Positions 50,699 through 61,144 of a stretch of DNA of 64,000 nt are shown piece by piece; within the stretch, counting starts at the first letter, position 1; each line of letters starts with the position of its first letter. The notes below the pieces were generated by a model. The model saw only the letters and a list, made by a program, of their open reading frames with translations, did no database searches and was not told where the DNA came from. This DNA is from an uncultured delta proteobacterium. Lineage in GTDB: Bacteria; Desulfobacterota; Desulfobaccia; Desulfobaccales; 0-14-0-80-60-11. The stretch lies in NCBI GenBank assembly GCA_963812015.1, contig CAWETI010000003.1:1760001-1824000 (forward strand), given 5' to 3'. The translations under genes and the position numbers were made by a program.

Positions 50699-51775
50699 AT
50701 GATTCCTCCCACCCTAATTGAGGAAGTACGCTGGAACTGCGATATTGCCAGCGCCGGGCAGGCCGGACATTTCTCCCTGTGCGGCCTGTTGATGCGCCTG
50801 CGTCAGCTCTACAAGTGGGAGCACCAGCTCCCCCCCTGGCGGGAGCCTGAAGTGCAGGCCGCCCTGGAGTGGATTGCCCGTCGGGAAGGCGCCTGGGATG
50901 ACCTGGAAGAGGCTTCCTGGCGGGTCCTGGCCTGGGGCGAAGCCGCCATCGATCCCTTTGCCGTGGAGACCCTCAACCGCCGCCTCATCCCCCAGAAACT
51001 GGCCTACGGCGCGGGCCTCAGCCGGGGCCTGACCCCCACCTTTTTCCTGGGGGAACTCCTGGAAGAACGCCACGAGGGACCCCTGACCATCCTGATCCTG
51101 GGGCCGGAACTGGCCCGGGACCTGGACGCCTCCCCGGGCCTGTGCCAGGGGACGTTGATCTATGCCCGGCATCAGGCCCTGGCCTTTTACCTGTGGGACC
51201 GTCTGGCCGACCCCACCCAGCAGGGCAATGCCTACCTGCAAGTCGCCTTGAAAGCTTACGGCCTACCCCTCACGGACGTGCTGCGGAATCCCGAAGCCTA
51301 CCAGGAGCAGTTCAATGCCTTCCTGGCCGGAGAGTTGGAAGCGGTCATCCGGCACGAAATCGGTGAAGCCCTGGAGCCCAGTTTGACAGAGGCCTTTCCT
51401 GCGGTGCTGGAACGCTTCCCCCAGACTCGGGTGGAGCTCTGGGTGCGGACCCTCAAAGACGCCCTGGCTGATGTCAACGACTTGGGCCGCCTGGCCTATC
51501 TCATCCGGGAGCGCCATCTGCCGTCCCTGGCGGTGATGCTGGCCTGGAGCCCGGGGCTCATGCCGGCCCTGCTGCCGGAACTGGAGCCGGCCTTTAAGGA
51601 TCTGCTGGCCACCGGCGACTGGACGGTCATGGACGCGGCCCGTCGGCAGGCCCTGGAGCGCCTGCGAACCACGGCCGCCGGCCTCAACGCCCTCCTGGAG
51701 TCCGCCGAAGCCGACTCCGGCGCCTGGCTCCAGGCCGAAATCCAGCGCCGCTGCCTGGCCCCCCTGGGACTGTAA
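50699..51775 (+). CDS. Sfum_1244-family protein
   Basis: NCDIASA..AG.FSLCGLLMRLRQLYKWE, HEIGE motif. Confidence 0.75.
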   Translation: MIPPTLIEEVRWNCDIASAGQAGHFSLCGLLMRLRQLYKWEHQLPPWREPEVQAALEWIARREGAWDDLEEASWRVLAWGEAAIDPFAVETLNRRLIPQKLAYGAGLSRGLTPTFFLGELLEERHEGPLTILILGPELARDLDASPGLCQGTLIYARHQALAFYLWDRLADPTQQGNAYLQVALKAYGLPLTDVLRNPEAYQEQFNAFLAGELEAVIRHEIGEALEPSLTEAFPAVLERFPQTRVELWVRTLKDALADVNDLGRLAYLIRERHLPSLAVMLAWSPGLMPALLPELEPAFKDLLATGDWTVMDAARRQALERLRTTAAGLNALLESAEADSGAWLQAEIQRRCLAPLGL

Positions 51776-51822
51776 AGCCCATGCAAGAGCACCTTGCGGG
51801 GAGGCCCGGGGGGACGTTTTTT

Positions 51823-51852
51823 TAATTTTTGTAATTTTTGTAATTTTTGTAA
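51823..51852. repeat. 9-bp tandem repeat (TAATTTTTG x3.3)
   Basis: Directly visible upstream of guaA. Confidence 0.85.
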
Positions 51853-52014
51853 GGGGTCACCTGCCCTTCCCTCAAACTTCCCTCTCGCCTCCACAGACCT
51901 TTTGCTTTTTAGGTTGCGGCCAGCTATAATTGATTGAAAAAAATTAAGGGGTTGAGGGAGTACGACCGGTGAGGCCGCGTCGCTTATCCCCCACAGTCCC
52001 GCCGCCCTAAGACG

Positions 52015-53562
52015 ATGCTCGATCCCCATCAAGAAAAAGTGCTCATCCTGGACTTCGGTTCCCAGTATACCCAACTCATTGCCCGGCGGGTGCGGGAGCT
52101 CAAGGTTTACTGCGAAATCCACCCCTACATCATGCCCCTGGCGAGTATCCAGGAGTTTGCGCCCCGGGCCATTATCCTGTCGGGTGGCCCCCGGAGCGTC
52201 TACGACCGGGACGCCCCCAGCGTCGACCCGGACCTCTTCAGCCTGGGGGTGCCGATCCTGGGCATCTGCTATGGCATCCAGCTCCTCAACCATCTCTTGG
52301 GGGGCGAGGTGGCCCCGGCCGCGTCCCGGGAATACGGCCACAAGACCTTCACCATCACCAATTTTGACGATCTGTTCCACGGCCTGAGCGCCTCTGAGCA
52401 AGTCTGGATGAGCCACGGCGACCGGGTGGAACGGCTGGCCCCGGGGTTCGAAGTTATCGGTTACAGCGACTCCTGTCCCACCGGGGCCATCCGGGACCTC
52501 TCCCGGCGCCTCTACGGGGTGCAATTCCATCCCGAAGTGCACCATACGCCCCGGGGCAAAGAGATCCTCAGCAACTTTCTGTTCCGCATCTGCGGACTCA
52601 AGCCCCTCTGGACCATGGCCTCCTTCATCGAGTCCGCCACCGCAATCATCCGGCAGCAGGTGGGCGACGGCCAGGTCATCTGCGCCCTGTCCGGCGGGGT
52701 GGATTCCTCGGTCACCGCGGTCCTGATCCACCGGGCCATCGGCGACCGCTTGAGCTGCGTCTTCGTGAACAACGGCCTCCTCCGAAAAGGCGAAGCCGAG
52801 GAAGTCTTCCACCTCTTCAGGGAGCACCACCATCTCAACCTGATTTACGTGGACGCCACCGTGGCCTTCCTGCGGGAACTCCAGGGCGTGACCGACCCGG
52901 AGGAAAAACGGCGTCGCATCGGCCACGCCTTCATCCGCATCTTCGCCGAGGAAGCCAAAAAGCTCGGCGGGGTTAAATTCCTGGCCCAGGGCACCCTCTA
53001 CCCCGACGTCATCGAAAGCGTCTCCTTCAAAGGGCCGTCGGCCACCATCAAGACCCACCACAACGTTGGGGGCCTGCCCACGGTTATGCCCCTGAAGCTG
53101 CTGGAGCCCTTACGGGAGCTGTTCAAGGACGAGGTGCGGGAAGTAGGCCAGGAGTTGGGCCTGCCGGACAGCCTGGTCTGGCGCCACCCCTTTCCCGGCC
53201 CGGGGCTGGCCATCCGCATCCTGGGGGAAGTCACCGCCGACAAGCTGGATATCCTCCGGGAAGCCGACGCCATTGTGCAGGAGGAGATGCTGGCCTCCGA
53301 TTTCTATCGCCGGGTCTGGCAGGCCTTTGCAGTGCTCCTGCCCGTCCGCACCGTGGGGGTGATGGGTGATGAACGGACCTATGAATACGTCATCGCCTTG
53401 CGCATCGTGGATTCCATCGATGCCATGACCGCGGACTGGAGCCGCCTGCCCCATGATTTTCTGGGCCGGCTGGCCAACCGCATCATCAATGAGGTAAAAC
53501 GGGTCAACCGGGTGGTGCTGGATATCTCCTCCAAGCCCCCCAGCACCATTGAGTGGGAGTAA
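52015..53562 (+). CDS. guaA: GMP synthase (glutamine-hydrolysing)
   Basis: [40 protein letters not shown]. Confidence 0.98.
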   Translation: MLDPHQEKVLILDFGSQYTQLIARRVRELKVYCEIHPYIMPLASIQEFAPRAIILSGGPRSVYDRDAPSVDPDLFSLGVPILGICYGIQLLNHLLGGEVAPAASREYGHKTFTITNFDDLFHGLSASEQVWMSHGDRVERLAPGFEVIGYSDSCPTGAIRDLSRRLYGVQFHPEVHHTPRGKEILSNFLFRICGLKPLWTMASFIESATAIIRQQVGDGQVICALSGGVDSSVTAVLIHRAIGDRLSCVFVNNGLLRKGEAEEVFHLFREHHHLNLIYVDATVAFLRELQGVTDPEEKRRRIGHAFIRIFAEEAKKLGGVKFLAQGTLYPDVIESVSFKGPSATIKTHHNVGGLPTVMPLKLLEPLRELFKDEVREVGQELGLPDSLVWRHPFPGPGLAIRILGEVTADKLDILREADAIVQEEMLASDFYRRVWQAFAVLLPVRTVGVMGDERTYEYVIALRIVDSIDAMTADWSRLPHDFLGRLANRIINEVKRVNRVVLDISSKPPSTIEWE

Positions 53563-53674
53563 AGGCAGTTCCCAGTAGCCAGGAGTCAGTGGTCAGTTAT
53601 AAGTGGTTGGTGGTTAGTTAGCACACAAGTTCTTTGAGTGAGGCGCTTATATAGTTTTAACGAGTTGAAGATAA

Positions 53675-53760
53675 AATCCCCCCCTACCCCCTTGAGAAAA
53701 GGGGGGTGGAAATGCCACTTTTTAAGTCCCCCTTTTTTAAGGGAGGATTTAGGGGGATTA
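53675..53760. repeat. Family A repeat doublet
   Basis: AAATCCCCCCTACCCCCTTGAGAAAAGGGGGG...GTCCCCCTTTTTTAAGGGAGGATTTAGGGGGATT. Confidence 0.65.
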
Positions 53761-53793
53761 TAAAAATGATTCTGTTCTGAAAAAATTTCATAT

Positions 53794-54876
53794 ATGGCAA
53801 CTCCCAAGAAAGACCCGATAACCTCCTTCGCAACGTCGCCCCCGGCTTCCGGCCTCCGGTTTTTTCGGGAGATCCTGGGCCAGGAGTGGGTGGTGTCCCA
53901 TTTGAAGACCGCCATGCTCGCCGGCCGGCTGGCCCATGCCTACCTGTTTCTCGGACCCGAAGGGGTGGGCAAGGCCAGTATCGCCCGGGCCCTGGCCGCG
54001 GCCCTCAACTGCGCCCAAATCCGGGAGGATGGTGACGCCTGCGGCACCTGCCCCTCCTGCCGGCGCCTGGCCGCGGGCACCCATCCCGATTTTTTGGTCA
54101 TCTCCCCTGAAGGCTCGCAATCCCAAATCAAGATCGAACAGATCCGGGAATTCAGGCGCCTGACCGAATATCCGCCCCTGGGCGGCGGCTGGCGGGTGGT
54201 GATCATCAAACCGGCGGAGGCCCTGAGCGCCATGAACGACGCCGCGGCCAACGCCCTGTTAAAAACCCTGGAGGAGCCGCCCCCCCAACACCTGCTGGTG
54301 CTCACCGCCCGGAGCGAAGCCGATCTCTTGCCCACCATCGTGTCCCGGTGTCACAAGCTGGCCTTTGCGCCGCTGCCGATGCCCCTGATCATCCAGGAAC
54401 TGGAAAGCCGGCGCGGTCTGCCCCGGTCCCAGGCGGCCCTGGTGGCCGCCTTGAGCGGCGGTTCCCTGGCCCGGGCCCTGGCCCTGGACCCGGAGGAACT
54501 GGTGCGGCAACGGGACCAGGTGCTGGACGATTTGGCCCGGTTGAACCGGGGTTCCCCCGGCACGGTCCTGGAATGGGCCCAGCGCCTGACCAAAAATCGC
54601 GCCGACCTGGATAACTTTCTCCTGCTGGCCCAACTCTGGTACCGGGACCTCCTGCTGGCCCATTTTCAGGCGCCGGCCGGCCTCCTGGCGCATCAAGACC
54701 TCCTCCCGGCCCTGGCCCAAGCGCAGGCCGCCGGGGCCCCGGCAACCTGGTTCGCGCACTGTGCTGCCCTGGGAGCGGCCCAGCGTCAACTCAAGGCCAA
54801 CCTCAACCCGGAATTGACCCTGGATATCCTGGGATTGCGCCTCCAGCGCCAAAGGAACCCCCATGACCCTCGTTAA
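53794..54876 (+). CDS. holB: DNA polymerase III subunit delta'
   Basis: HAYLFLGPEGVGK, CGTCPSC, HPD, AANALLKTLEEPP, LLPTIVSRC. Confidence 0.94.
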   Translation: MATPKKDPITSFATSPPASGLRFFREILGQEWVVSHLKTAMLAGRLAHAYLFLGPEGVGKASIARALAAALNCAQIREDGDACGTCPSCRRLAAGTHPDFLVISPEGSQSQIKIEQIREFRRLTEYPPLGGGWRVVIIKPAEALSAMNDAAANALLKTLEEPPPQHLLVLTARSEADLLPTIVSRCHKLAFAPLPMPLIIQELESRRGLPRSQAALVAALSGGSLARALALDPEELVRQRDQVLDDLARLNRGSPGTVLEWAQRLTKNRADLDNFLLLAQLWYRDLLLAHFQAPAGLLAHQDLLPALAQAQAAGAPATWFAHCAALGAAQRQLKANLNPELTLDILGLRLQRQRNPHDPR

Positions 54877-55696
54877 GATCTGTCTCGGTCTCGGCAACCA
54901 CTGCTGTCTGGTAGATCCGGGGCCGTTTGACCTCAAACCGTCAGAGCGGGTGGTGGTGGATATTGAGGGCGTCCTAAAGCTGGGCAAGGTAGTGGGCGTC
55001 TATCCGGATGCCGATCCCCAACTCTCCCGCCAGATGAAGATCCTGCTGCGGGTGGCCACCGCCGAAGACCTGGCCCAAGAACAAAGCAACCAGTTGATGG
55101 AGCAGCGGGCCCTGCAATTTTGCCAGGCACGGGTGGAGGCCCACAGGCTGCCCATCTACCTGGTGCAGGTGGAATGTCTGTTCGACACCTCCAAAATCAT
55201 CTTCTATTTCACCGCCCCGGGGCGGGTGGATTTCCGGGAATTGGTCAAAGACCTGGTCCAGGAGTTCCGCACCCGCATCGAATTGCGCCAAATCGGGGTC
55301 CGCCACCGGGCCAAGATGGTGGGCGGCCTGGGGATCTGCGGCCGGGGCCTGTGCTGCGCCTCCTTTCTCAGAGATTTCGAGCCGGTGAGCGTGCGCATGG
55401 CCAAAGAACAGCAACTCAGCCTCAACCCCAACAAAATCTCCGGGATCTGCGGCCGCCTGATGTGCTGCCTGACCTACGAGTACTCTTCGTACCAGGAACT
55501 CCGGAAGTCCCTGCCCAAGGTGGGGAAACGCCTCCAGGCCCCCGAAGGCGAAGGGAAAATCATCCGCTACAATTTCATCCGCGAGACCGTCACCCTGGAG
55601 ATGGAAGACCGCCGGGAAGTGGAATTCTCTTTTACCGATCTGGGCCTCGGGGAGGCGGCGCCGGCCGCGCCCACGGAGCCGGCAGCCGAGGAATAA
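54863..55696 (+). CDS. ricT: PSP1-domain protein RicT/YaaT
   Basis: RVDFRELVKDL, RIELRQIG, GICGRGLCC, KISGICGRLMCCL; follows holB. Confidence 0.92.
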   Translation: MTLVKICLGLGNHCCLVDPGPFDLKPSERVVVDIEGVLKLGKVVGVYPDADPQLSRQMKILLRVATAEDLAQEQSNQLMEQRALQFCQARVEAHRLPIYLVQVECLFDTSKIIFYFTAPGRVDFRELVKDLVQEFRTRIELRQIGVRHRAKMVGGLGICGRGLCCASFLRDFEPVSVRMAKEQQLSLNPNKISGICGRLMCCLTYEYSSYQELRKSLPKVGKRLQAPEGEGKIIRYNFIRETVTLEMEDRREVEFSFTDLGLGEAAPAAPTEPAAEE

Positions 55697-55756
55697 CGGG
55701 TCAGATACCGGCCGGGCCAGCTCTGGATTTCGGGGGCGGGGCCCAAGGGAGCCGAC

Positions 55757-56461
55757 ATGGACGAAAGCGACAGGGCCTTAGAAGCCTTAAAAGTCCACAT
55801 CAAAAAAGAAATCGTCGATAATTATTTTGCCGACCGGGTCTACGTGGAAGAGGATACGGAACTCCTCCATCAGGAGGTTGAGGCCTACAACAAGGACCTG
55901 GACATCCTGGGTAAGCGTTTCATGGCCCTTTACCAGGCGCTTGGCTCCAAAGATGCCTGCACCCTGATGATGGAGGTCCTGAAGCTTGAGGCCTGGCCGT
56001 TTTACCCTGAGTATTGCAATCTTTCGATTCAGGAGCAGCAGGATCTCCTCAAGGATACCCGGCGCCGCGGCCTCACCAATTACCGCCGTTTCCGTAACCT
56101 GATCTTCGACCTGTACGAGCGCCTCCAGCAGGAAAGCGTCAAACTCCACGAGGCCTACGCCAAGATCCAGACGCACCTGAAACTCCTCAACGAAGACATC
56201 GACAAATTCAACCTGTCCTATGATTTCGGCCTGATTGCCGCCCAGATCGAGGCCATGGACGGCGGTCGGGATGAATGCATGACCGGGGGCCTGTTGGCCC
56301 CGGAGCGGGAGGAACTCTCCACCCGTATGCGCTTCAAGCGCCAGAAGTTGACGGACGAGCGATTGCCGCCGGTGCCGGCCCTGCCGCCCCTGAAGGAGAT
56401 CCAGAGGAAACTGGATAGCCTGATAGGAAAAAATTATCTGCCGGCTTTTTGTTGCGGATGA
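55757..56461 (+). CDS. Hypothetical coiled-coil protein
   Basis: 234-aa ORF, helical and charged. Confidence 0.75.
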   Translation: MDESDRALEALKVHIKKEIVDNYFADRVYVEEDTELLHQEVEAYNKDLDILGKRFMALYQALGSKDACTLMMEVLKLEAWPFYPEYCNLSIQEQQDLLKDTRRRGLTNYRRFRNLIFDLYERLQQESVKLHEAYAKIQTHLKLLNEDIDKFNLSYDFGLIAAQIEAMDGGRDECMTGGLLAPEREELSTRMRFKRQKLTDERLPPVPALPPLKEIQRKLDSLIGKNYLPAFCCG

Positions 56462-56568
56462 GCAAGTCGCCCTTTTGTACGACTTCAAAACTATGCACCC
56501 GTAAAGTCGCTGCAATGACAGGTCGGGATGAGAGTCACCGCGGTTTCAAACCAAAAGAGGGTAAAACC

Positions 56569-57225
56569 ATGGTGAAGAGGGGCATGCGTTTTCTGGCTAC
56601 CGTTCTGATCGGTTTAAGCCTTGCAGGTTGCGCCAATTATTTCAATATCAAGGTCAACGGCTACACCGATCCCAATGTCCCTGGCCAAATCACGCCCGGG
56701 GATTCCTTTTGTGTGATGGAAAATCAAGAGGCCAAAAATCCCCTGCTGGAGGCGGAAGTCAAAGGCAAAATCACTAAGCTACTGGAAACCCGGGGGTATC
56801 CCGTCACCACCTTTGATAAAGCCGACTATTTTCTATTCTTCGGGTACGGCCTGGGAGAACCGCGCAGCGTCAGCGCGGCCGCGCCGGATTATTACGGCGG
56901 TGTCGGTTGGGGGGTGGGATATGGCTGGGGCGGCCCTTCCGTTGTCATTGGGGTGCCTTACGGGACCTACCCCGCGGACACCGCCAGCCTCTACGACCGC
57001 TGGCTGATGATCAATGTGGTGGAGGCGCCCGCCTACCGGGCCCGCAAGGACACTCGCCCTGTGTGGACAGGGGAAGCCCGGAGCGTGGGCACCTCCTCGG
57101 ACCTGCGCACGGTACTTAACTATTTGCTTGTAGCGGATTTCAAGGAGTTCGGCAAAAACACCGGCAAAGCCATCACCCGGGAAATCCAGGAGCAGGACCC
57201 GGAGATTTACTCCCTGACCCATTAG
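56569..57225 (+). CDS. Lipoprotein (DUF4136-like)
   Basis: Lipobox LAGC; Gly/Tyr/Trp-rich loop; VWTGEA. Confidence 0.75.
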   Translation: MVKRGMRFLATVLIGLSLAGCANYFNIKVNGYTDPNVPGQITPGDSFCVMENQEAKNPLLEAEVKGKITKLLETRGYPVTTFDKADYFLFFGYGLGEPRSVSAAAPDYYGGVGWGVGYGWGGPSVVIGVPYGTYPADTASLYDRWLMINVVEAPAYRARKDTRPVWTGEARSVGTSSDLRTVLNYLLVADFKEFGKNTGKAITREIQEQDPEIYSLTH

Positions 57226-57231
57226 CCGGAA

Positions 57232-58602
57232 TTGAATCCAGGACAACTCTTGACCGACTTTCTCAACGATCAGCAGGATTTTTTCCGGTGCCGCCTCTGG
57301 CAAGATGGGGGGCGGGGACCCGGGGCCCTTTTTGCCCTCAAGTGCCTCCGGGTGCTGGTCCTGGCGGGTCGCGGCCTCATCCGCAACCAATCCCTGGTGC
57401 GCTCTTCGGCCCTGGCCTATGCCACCATCCTGGGCTTCATCCCCCTCTTCGCCCTGCTGTTCGCCATCTTGCAAGCCATCGGCGTGCCCCGCCTGTTGGC
57501 TACCTACACCCTGGAGCACCTGGCCCCCGGGTCCAGAGATTTTGCCACCCAGATACTGCAGTACATCGAGGCCACCCGGGTTACCTCCCTGGGGGTCTTT
57601 GGGGTGGTGGTGCTCCTCCTGGACCTGGTGATTGTCATGACCAACGTGGAGAAGGCCTTCAATAAGACCTGGCAGGTTTCCCGGACCCGCCCCTGGAGCC
57701 GCAAAGTCAGCGATTACCTCAGCATCTTTTTGATTTTCCCCATCCTGATGGCCGTGGCCCTGACCTTCTCCACCTCCTTCTGGGGTTTCAAGTACGTCAT
57801 CGGTATCCTGTCCGGCATCCTGCCAGCCATCTTCTTTACCGCAACCCGCTGGCTGGTGTCCCTGGGGATGTTGTGGTTTGCCTTTATCTTTATCTACCTG
57901 GTGATGCCCAACACCCGCGTAAACTTCTGGTCGGCGGTGCTGGGGGGCGTGGTGGGCGCCACCGTCTGGCAGGTGGCCCAGTGGATTTTCACCGGCATCC
58001 AGGGGGGCGCCACGTACTACAACGCCATTTATGGCGCCCTGTATCATCTGCTCTTCCTGTTTATCTGGCTGTTCTGGTGCTGGCTCATTCTGTTGTTCGG
58101 CACCGAGATCGCCTTCGCCCACCAGAACCTTGACTGCCTTACCCGGCAGTTCCGGCGACCCATCGCGCCGCCTGAGCCGGTGGATGAGTATCTCTGCCTG
58201 GCCGCCCTGGTGAGCATCGGGTCCCGGTTCTGGCAGCGGCAACCGCCCCTGTCTCGGGACGAATTGAGCCAGATTCTCCCCCGGGGCAACAACCTGGCCC
58301 ATCGGGTCACCCAGGCGCTCCAGGACTGCAACCTGGTGGTGGAGGTGGCCTCGGATCACCCGAAGTCTTCCCCCCAATTCCTGCCCAGGCTCCCCCTGGA
58401 TCAAATCACGGTCAAGGAAGTCCTGGAAAGCCTGCGCCAGTCCCGGGGCGCCACCCTGGACACGGCCCTGGCCGGGGAGCCTCGCCTGGCAAAGCTCCTG
58501 AAGCCCCTGGCCGAAGTCTCCTGCCCGGTCGGTTGGGAGGTGCTCACCATCCAGAAGCTGGTGGAATCTTTCGCCGGAGACGCGCCCGAGAGCCAGGCCT
58601 AA
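57232..58602 (+). CDS. YihY/BrkB-family membrane protein with Rrf2-like C-terminal wHTH
   Basis: SALAYATILGFIP, VEKAFNKTW, YNAIYGAL, LFGTE; ITVKEVL tail. Confidence 0.88.
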   Translation: MNPGQLLTDFLNDQQDFFRCRLWQDGGRGPGALFALKCLRVLVLAGRGLIRNQSLVRSSALAYATILGFIPLFALLFAILQAIGVPRLLATYTLEHLAPGSRDFATQILQYIEATRVTSLGVFGVVVLLLDLVIVMTNVEKAFNKTWQVSRTRPWSRKVSDYLSIFLIFPILMAVALTFSTSFWGFKYVIGILSGILPAIFFTATRWLVSLGMLWFAFIFIYLVMPNTRVNFWSAVLGGVVGATVWQVAQWIFTGIQGGATYYNAIYGALYHLLFLFIWLFWCWLILLFGTEIAFAHQNLDCLTRQFRRPIAPPEPVDEYLCLAALVSIGSRFWQRQPPLSRDELSQILPRGNNLAHRVTQALQDCNLVVEVASDHPKSSPQFLPRLPLDQITVKEVLESLRQSRGATLDTALAGEPRLAKLLKPLAEVSCPVGWEVLTIQKLVESFAGDAPESQA

Positions 58603-58723
58603 CCGGGGCGGGGGGGCAATGGTTGCCAGACCTGGCCGGCAGATTATGCACGGCAGCATAAGTTGGAAATCCCAATTCGGGGCAGACTAAACCGGCCCTC
58701 CCCGTAATTTCAGAAAGCGTCCT

Positions 58724-59671
58724 ATGGAACTCGATACCCCGTTCGCTCAAGATAGTTTCCCCTGTCCTGCCTGCGGTAGTGCCATTATAAAACCATGGAT
58801 CAGTAAAGAGATTGCCGGGGTCATTTTTCATCTGGATAAATGTTGCGCCTGCGGCACCGGGTACGTCAATCCACCCCCCTCGATGGCATATATAAAATCT
58901 ATCTATTCTGTTACCGGTCACGGCTCGAAGTCGCTTACCTCTTTTGATGAAGTCATGGCTTCCGAAAGTGAATTTCCCAATTCAACCGTTGACGCGAAAA
59001 GAATGGTTACCTATGCCGTCCAACTCCTGGGGCCGCAACGCGAGGGTCAGGGAAAGGCCCTGGATATCGGCTCGGGGTATGGTTTTTTCTCTCAGGCCGC
59101 ACTGGATCAGGGGTTTAATGTGGTGGCCGTCAATCCCGCCATCTCGGAGAATCAAATCTTCAAGCAATTAAATGGGTTCGAGCCCATCCCTCAATTCTTT
59201 GAAGAGATTGATTTCGGCCCGGAAAAGTTCGATCTGGTGATTCTCAGCCAGATATTGGAACATCTTTTAAATCCATTGCAGGTATTAGTAAAGATCAGAA
59301 GCTTACTTAATAGAGATGGGATACTTTTTGTAGCTGTGCCGAATGTAAATGCATTATTAATAAAACTTCTCAAATCAAAAAGCAGTTTTTTAGGGTTACC
59401 TGAACATATTATTCATTTTTCTCAAAAAGGTTTGGAAGCTATTCTGGAAAAAGCCGGGTTTGAGCTTAAACTCCACCGGTATGTCAGTCGAATCCCTTAT
59501 TACGCGGTGAGCAATCGACTCAATCTCCACGGCCTAGCCCGGAAGTGCCTGAATTACGGGGTAAGAATCGGCCAGTGGGCCCCCTTATGGCTTGCCAATC
59601 AGTTCGGACTGGGTCTTTATCAAGATCTGTGGGCCATGCCGGTGCGGCCAAAACCAGAAGCGCCGGAATGA
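58724..59671 (+). CDS. Class I SAM-dependent methyltransferase (AT-rich)
   Basis: CPAC...CCAC N-terminal zinc motif, LDIGSGYG, FDLVILSQILEH, AVPN, EHIIHFS. Confidence 0.9.
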   Translation: MELDTPFAQDSFPCPACGSAIIKPWISKEIAGVIFHLDKCCACGTGYVNPPPSMAYIKSIYSVTGHGSKSLTSFDEVMASESEFPNSTVDAKRMVTYAVQLLGPQREGQGKALDIGSGYGFFSQAALDQGFNVVAVNPAISENQIFKQLNGFEPIPQFFEEIDFGPEKFDLVILSQILEHLLNPLQVLVKIRSLLNRDGILFVAVPNVNALLIKLLKSKSSFLGLPEHIIHFSQKGLEAILEKAGFELKLHRYVSRIPYYAVSNRLNLHGLARKCLNYGVRIGQWAPLWLANQFGLGLYQDLWAMPVRPKPEAPE

Positions 59672-59689
59672 GCATGGTTCTCCTAACCC

Positions 59690-60100
59690 TTACTCGGCTG
59701 GACCACCCATCCTGTCCAGTCGGTCTGACGATGCCCCGGATTGTCGCCAGGATTCCGCCAGGGCCCGGTGGGTATCCGGGCTGATATACATTCCTACCCG
59801 CCTTTGCCGTGGTGGACGAGGACCCTGCCCCAGGTCAGGTCCAAGGCCTCCAGGCTCAGTTTCGCCACCTCTTCCACCCGCAACACTTCGCAGCATCATC
59901 GAGAAGAGCGCCCGGTCTCGGGGTCCCTTGATGGCGCCGAACCGCGCGTTCAGCTCCTCCTCATTGAGACACCGGGGCAGCGGCTTGAGAAGCCGCGAGA
60001 CACGGCCGCATCTTGCCGGATTGCCCACCGCTGCTCCTTCCTCATGGGATAAGTATCCAGGGAACTGCCGCCCGCTGACCAGGTGATAGCCGATAGTGCC
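59690..60100 (-). pseudogene. Tyrosine recombinase/integrase relic
   Basis: NP...LPRCLNEEE...RDRALFSMMLR, frameshift near 59885, LRVEEVAKLSLEALD...GKGG then TAG; C-terminal catalytic part absent. Confidence 0.75.
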
Positions 60101-60477
60101 GAGTTTGCGCCTTTGGAGATGTCCCTGGGGTTGGTGCCCCATGAGATTTCCCGGGGCAATTTCTCCAGATGCCAATATTATCAATCGGGTGCGGAAATTA
60201 TTAAGGAAAATGTTAAAGAGGCCGATAGGATACCTAGGCATCATCAGATGGGGGCTATCCGAAAAAATTTATAGCTGGGCCATGTCTTACCTCCGTTTTT
60301 GCACCAATCGCCTGGCCTGCAGCCTATGACCGACGAGCGGCTAAGGTTTAGACGAGTTCAGGCTTTCAAGGAAAGTTCCCCTTGCCTTTTTCCAGCCGCC
60401 AGGGATGGCCGCCAACCCTGCGCAGCCCTCGGCTGGGCATGAGACAGCGTCGAAATCGGCGAAAACGATAGGGGTTT

Positions 60478-61131
60478 ATGTCTGTTGACCAACGCCACAC
60501 CCATAACCCGATTCTCGGGGAGGGTTGCGCGGGTGCTCATTCCCGGGCGTTGATCTATCTTCCCATCGTCCATACCCAGGCGGATATGGGCGCCCTTAAG
60601 GAATCGGTGGCACGGGTCACTCTGGAGAAAACGGGCCGAGCCGGATTGGCACGCAAGGCCGCAGCCATTGACAAGATCTGGACGGAAATCGAGAGAGCCA
60701 TCGACGCTTTGCCCCTCTCTTTTGACCGAGTGCGCCTCTACCAGGACGGCTTGCCCGTGTGCGGGCGGGAGCTGGAGATCGTCACCGAACTGGCCCAGAT
60801 GGGCAGCCGCAACCATCAACTCCTGCTGCGCCTGATGGACCAAGGAGCCGTGCTCATGGGGACCGAATCCGGCGACTTGTTGGTGCAGGAATACCAGTTG
60901 GCCAGGCAATCCCTGACGACCCGGCCACCCCGGGCCGCGGGAGTGGCAGCGTCCCGCCGGGCCTTGAGCGAGGCCCTCCTCAAACGCCGGGATCAATTTA
61001 TAGCCCAGCGCATTAACGACACCCTGAAAAACGGCGAGACCGGCATCCTCTTCCTGGGGATGCTCCATTCCGTGGAAAGACATCTCCAAGCGGACGTGAA
61101 GGTGCTCCATCCGCTCCACCGGCCTCGTTGA
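60478..61131 (+). CDS. Conserved hypothetical protein (TraB-like tail; possibly GvpY-like)
   Basis: PIVHTQADMG, YQDGLP, GTES, RDQFIAQRI...FLGMLH. Confidence 0.75.
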   Translation: MSVDQRHTHNPILGEGCAGAHSRALIYLPIVHTQADMGALKESVARVTLEKTGRAGLARKAAAIDKIWTEIERAIDALPLSFDRVRLYQDGLPVCGRELEIVTELAQMGSRNHQLLLRLMDQGAVLMGTESGDLLVQEYQLARQSLTTRPPRAAGVAASRRALSEALLKRRDQFIAQRINDTLKNGETGILFLGMLHSVERHLQADVKVLHPLHRPR

Positions 61132-61144
61132 ACCAGGAGGAAAT

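Noticed and set aside
53565..53620. Degenerate 7-nt periodic repeats after guaA (similar near 4775-4806)
   Set aside because: Short, low-complexity heptamer-like runs with no associated gene; not a CRISPR or other spacer array.
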